Assembly: GCA_964429485.1 (NCBI GenBank)
Contig: CAYSBW010000005.1
Location: 2,458-66,457, forward strand
Source of the DNA: an uncultured Syntrophorhabdaceae bacterium
GTDB taxonomy: Bacteria > Desulfobacterota > Syntrophorhabdia > Syntrophorhabdales > Syntrophorhabdaceae
DNA length: 64,000 bases
Direction: 5' to 3'
Each line of letters starts with the position of its first letter. The first letter of the stretch is position 1. A program made the translations under genes and the position numbers. Below, one piece after another: positions 60,864-64,000 of the stretch. The notes beneath the pieces are model-generated. The model made no database searches. It was not told the origin of the DNA and saw only the letters and a program-made list of their open reading frames with translations.

Positions 60864-63581
60864 ATGGCAAACAAGATTATATTTACAGTCGATTACAAGG
60901 CAAACGATCCTGAAAAACCTTTGTTTGATGTTATTTCTTTCGAAGGACGTGAGGCAATATCAATTCCGTACACATTTAAAATAGCGTTGCGTTCCAAGAC
61001 AGATGCAAAGGATACGATTTTTATAAACAAAAGGGCAACCCTTGGCATCATTATGGATGACACCGAAGCAAAACCTGTAAAAGAAGCCTCATCGGCGTAC
61101 AGAGGTGTTATCGCGTCTTTTTCCAGGAAGGATAAGATTGGTGATTATTACCATTATGATGCTGTTATAGTTCCCAGATTTGCCTTTCTGGGGTTGTTCA
61201 AAAAATCGGATATTTTTATCGATACCCCTTTATATACAGATGGGGGTGACAGTATAATGGGTGCCTTGCTGAAGGAAGGCGGGTTTGCAGGGGAGGAGTA
61301 TCATATTTCCCTGAAAAACACGGGGAAATATGCACCGTATAAGGATCCTTACAACCGTTATGCCTATGTATGCCAGTACGAGGAAACGGATCTTGATTTT
61401 ATGTCCCGCCTCATGGAAAGGGAAGGGATATATTATTATTTTGAACAGCCTGCGCTTAAAAAGGACACCAACGGCGATTATACTGCATTATCCACCGAAC
61501 AGTCAGTTTTTACCGACACAAAGGATATAGGAATAACAAGGAATAGAAAACTGCGTTATCGTTTTCTTCCAAACCAGTCGGTTGCGCCTGATCCGAATGC
61601 TGTTAATTCAATATCACTTGAACAGAAAATGCTTCCCGGAAAGGTTACAATAATGAATTATGATTATGAAAAGGCATCTCTCGATGACAAAGGTGTCATA
61701 TCATGTTCTGCCTTTGTATCAAAAGACAATAGCGAGGACAAAACCCTTCAGGGTGAAGTAAGGATATACGGAGAAAATTTTGTAAACCCCGACAAGGGCG
61801 GTGACGGAGATTTCCTTGCCACGATAAGGGCACAGGAGATTTTCTGCCAGGGCAGCATTTATTCAGGAAGGAGCACGGCAGTGCCGCTTATGCCCGGCAT
61901 GAAGGTTACCCTTGACGAAAGTGCATCCGCATCATTTAAAGGCGACTATCTTATCACTGAGGTTACGCACCATGGTCAGCAGCAATTACCAGGTATGGAT
62001 CCTCTCAAATATTATCCTCCTTTTTATGGAAACGAGTTTACCATGATACGCTCTGATGTACAGTTCAGGCCGAAACGTATAACGCCTGGACCGAAGATCT
62101 ACGGTACTTTAAACGCTGTGGTTGACGGGGATGCGGAAAGTGAATATGCACAGATGGACGATAAGGGCCGCTACAAGGTAAAATTTCCATTTTTGTCCAA
62201 ATCGAAAGATCAGGGCAAGAGTTCCGTATGGATAAGGATGTCTTCTCCGTATGCAGGTGCAAGCGACAAGACATACGGTATACATTTCCCCCTTCATAAA
62301 GGCGCCGAGGTTGCGCTTGCATTCAGGGACGGCAATCCGGATCAGCCCTTTATATCAGGTGCCCTTTTCAATTCTCAGAATAAGAATGTTGTTACAAACT
62401 CCAACAGCAGCCAGGGTATTATAAAATCGGCCGGTGGACACAAACTTGTTATGGAAGATAAGGAAGGGCAGAAATCAATAGGGCTTTTCTGTTCGCACGG
62501 CGGGGATGAAGGCACATGGTTCTGGGCGGGCAATGAATCCTCGCCGACATGGGACTTCAAAACAAAAGGAAACAAGCACGAGGTTATTTGCGGCCAGGAG
62601 GATTCTGTTGTCCTGGGCGCTGAGAACTATATTACGGTCGGCTCCAACATGGAAGCCATTGTGGGTAATGCCAACGAACTGATACTGGCGCAGAAATTTG
62701 TAGCAGAACTGGCAGGAAGCATAGAATTCAAGGGGGGTCACCACATTGAATTTGGAAAGGAAACGGAAAGGATAAAAGATTCGGAAGAACTTGTGGGCAT
62801 TCAAAAAGTATCGCTGGGCGCCGGACTTGACCCTGGTGAGAAAGCTGCGATGGGAACGGCTCGCAAGGCCATATACGGAGGTATAGCAGCTCTGGGAGCG
62901 GCCCTGTCAGCAGGCGCAGGGAATGTTGCGGCAAGTGCGTACCCCCACGAAGAGGAAGGTGCAAAAGCTCTTCCAACGCTGGGGGTAACAATGGCCGGGA
63001 TTCTCGGTGGAATCATAGCCCAGGTTGTCGCTTTGAACAGGATGGTGAACAATCTGAAAACAGAGCTTCTTCATCCTGTATCTGAGATTGCCCTTGACGG
63101 AAGCGGGATTGAGATATCGACAAAGGATACTGCAAGAGAGGGAACAACAATAGGTGTGAAAAGGGGAGACGAGTTCTCCAGTTCTCTAAAAATAAAAGCC
63201 GGATTGCAACGTGGAGCAGACAGGATTACACTGATCAACAACGAACATGCCAAAATCGAGATGATTGATGGTGATTCCATAACAATTATGCAGGATACGG
63301 GCAACAACGATGGAACAAAGATTTTTATGGACAATGATAAGGTTGAGATCCAAAAAGGGTCAAGAAGGGGAAAGATAACCATAAAAAATGATTCCATAGT
63401 GGCAGGTTTCGGCATGGGAAACGGACAGGTAACGATAAAACAGGACCTGTGCAGGATTGAACAGGCGGGTAAATCAATCTCAATAGACCAGAATAACATT
63501 AAAATGAAATTCGGTGGCAATGAATTAACATTAAGTCCGGCGGCTATCGAGCAAAACGGCACTTTTATAAAGCTTGGATGA
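60864..63581 (+). CDS. vgrG: T6SS spike protein VgrG (TssI) with extended C-terminus
   Basis: gp27-like N-terminal region and a gp5 OB-fold block (SVWIRMSSPYAGASDKTYGIHFPLHKGAEVALAFRDGNPDQPFISGALFN), then beta-helix repeats and a ~260-aa extension. ATG 60864 lies 7 nt after AGGAGG. Confidence 0.9.
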   Translation: MANKIIFTVDYKANDPEKPLFDVISFEGREAISIPYTFKIALRSKTDAKDTIFINKRATLGIIMDDTEAKPVKEASSAYRGVIASFSRKDKIGDYYHYDAVIVPRFAFLGLFKKSDIFIDTPLYTDGGDSIMGALLKEGGFAGEEYHISLKNTGKYAPYKDPYNRYAYVCQYEETDLDFMSRLMEREGIYYYFEQPALKKDTNGDYTALSTEQSVFTDTKDIGITRNRKLRYRFLPNQSVAPDPNAVNSISLEQKMLPGKVTIMNYDYEKASLDDKGVISCSAFVSKDNSEDKTLQGEVRIYGENFVNPDKGGDGDFLATIRAQEIFCQGSIYSGRSTAVPLMPGMKVTLDESASASFKGDYLITEVTHHGQQQLPGMDPLKYYPPFYGNEFTMIRSDVQFRPKRITPGPKIYGTLNAVVDGDAESEYAQMDDKGRYKVKFPFLSKSKDQGKSSVWIRMSSPYAGASDKTYGIHFPLHKGAEVALAFRDGNPDQPFISGALFNSQNKNVVTNSNSSQGIIKSAGGHKLVMEDKEGQKSIGLFCSHGGDEGTWFWAGNESSPTWDFKTKGNKHEVICGQEDSVVLGAENYITVGSNMEAIVGNANELILAQKFVAELAGSIEFKGGHHIEFGKETERIKDSEELVGIQKVSLGAGLDPGEKAAMGTARKAIYGGIAALGAALSAGAGNVAASAYPHEEEGAKALPTLGVTMAGILGGIIAQVVALNRMVNNLKTELLHPVSEIALDGSGIEISTKDTAREGTTIGVKRGDEFSSSLKIKAGLQRGADRITLINNEHAKIEMIDGDSITIMQDTGNNDGTKIFMDNDKVEIQKGSRRGKITIKNDSIVAGFGMGNGQVTIKQDLCRIEQAGKSISIDQNNIKMKFGGNELTLSPAAIEQNGTFIKLG

Positions 63582-63594
63582 AGGTAGAAGAACC

Positions 63595-64000
63595 ATGAAG
63601 ACCATTAAACCGGACAATATGTCTTTAATGTTCAGATCGTTCTTTGCCGGCGGTATATATTATCTTTCCGTTTCTGCTTGCGCATTCTTTGATCTTGAAT
63701 TAACACAGCAAAATGAAAGACTTATACATGAACAGCAGATGTGGCCTGTCATAGAAGCATCACTCGGCAAAGGAGAGATATTTGATTTTGGTGTGCCCAA
63801 AGAACAGGGAGAATACCTTGTGTACGGGTCATGCTATTCGCCTGAGCCTGCAGGCGGGCTCGAAGTTGCCGTGAATATAGGAGTGTCTGCAAAAAGGCTC
63901 TATGTTTTGGGAGACTGCTACTGGACAATGACGGGGATATCTGACCCGGAACCTTTTACTGTTATGCCCGTTGACTATTTCCATGCATTCGGAGGAGACG
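63595..64000 (+). CDS. DUF2169-family protein (VgrG-associated adaptor-like), N-terminal 135 codons, runs off right edge
   Basis: My own translation gives MKTIKPDNMSLMFRSFFAGG...FGVPKEQGEYLVYGSCYSPEPAGGLEVAVNIGVSAKRLYVLGDCYW...ISDPEPFTVMPVDYFHAFGGD. This matches my recall of the DUF2169 N-terminal pattern (MPKxxGEFLV, LxVFGDRxW, PEPFxxMPxDxxxAFGG). Confidence 0.7.
   Translation, partial: MKTIKPDNMSLMFRSFFAGGIYYLSVSACAFFDLELTQQNERLIHEQQMWPVIEASLGKGEIFDFGVPKEQGEYLVYGSCYSPEPAGGLEVAVNIGVSAKRLYVLGDCYWTMTGISDPEPFTVMPVDYFHAFGGD

Noticed and set aside
60658-60870. 70-aa minus-strand ORF and short + strand ORFs in the lipoprotein-vgrG gap.
   Set aside because: They overlap the terminator hairpin or the vgrG ribosome-binding site, lack SD sequences, and give no recognisable products.
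63071-63562. 163-aa minus-strand ORF opposite the vgrG C-terminal extension.
   Set aside because: This is a shadow frame of vgrG. It is hydrophobic and low-complexity, has no SD, and would be convergent inside a continuous + strand gene.
1-64000. Search by eye for CRISPR arrays, tRNA/rRNA genes, IS elements, integrases or phage remnants flanking the T6SS.
   Set aside because: I saw no direct-repeat arrays, cloverleaf-like segments or transposase/integrase-like translations. Reading by eye cannot exclude short or degenerate elements, so tRNAscan, Infernal and ISfinder runs would be needed.

Overview
AT-rich chromosomal window from a diderm bacterium. The gene content looks anaerobe-like: a flavin reductase-rubredoxin fusion, a minimal SufBC-type Fe-S system and a UbiD decarboxylase. 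The taxon cannot be assigned from sequence alone.

Coordinates 1-37.8 kb are mostly housekeeping and transport genes:
- a truncated nitroreductase, a GAF/HD-GYP phosphodiesterase, purC and a Zn alcohol dehydrogenase
- a TolC-MFP-RND efflux operon
- a tightly overlapped pgpA-cinA-ligT-recA-alaS-crp array
- yhhQ
- an Mla/MCE-type ABC transporter operon with a STAS-fused permease and an embedded sensor-less histidine kinase plus a REC-only regulator
- cyclophilin, sufBC-like genes, ubiD, MBL hydrolases, a class C-like serine hydrolase, radC and a DnaJ-like protein
- an incomplete dpp-type peptide uptake pair, a NagA-like amidohydrolase and a persulfide-dioxygenase/rhodanese fusion

Coordinates 38.0-42.6 kb carry a sigma54-dependent envelope-stress-like operon. 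It encodes two Spy/CpxP/ZraP-like proteins, a glycine-zipper lipoprotein and a ZraS/ZraR-like two-component pair. A textbook TGGCAC-N5-TTGCA promoter and upstream palindromes precede it.

Coordinates 43.0-64.0 kb are the accessory highlight, a complete type VI secretion locus in the order tssJ-K-L-M-A, tssB-C, hcp, tssE-F-G, clpV, vgrG. It has three unusual add-ons:
- a cupin/NTF2-like lipoprotein translationally abutting clpV
- a VgrG with a roughly 260-aa C-terminal extension holding two glycine-zipper hydrophobic helices
- a DUF2169 adaptor-like gene that runs off the right edge

I recognised no rRNA, tRNA, CRISPR array, transposase or integrase. All functional calls come from reading motifs in the translations. 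No database search was run.
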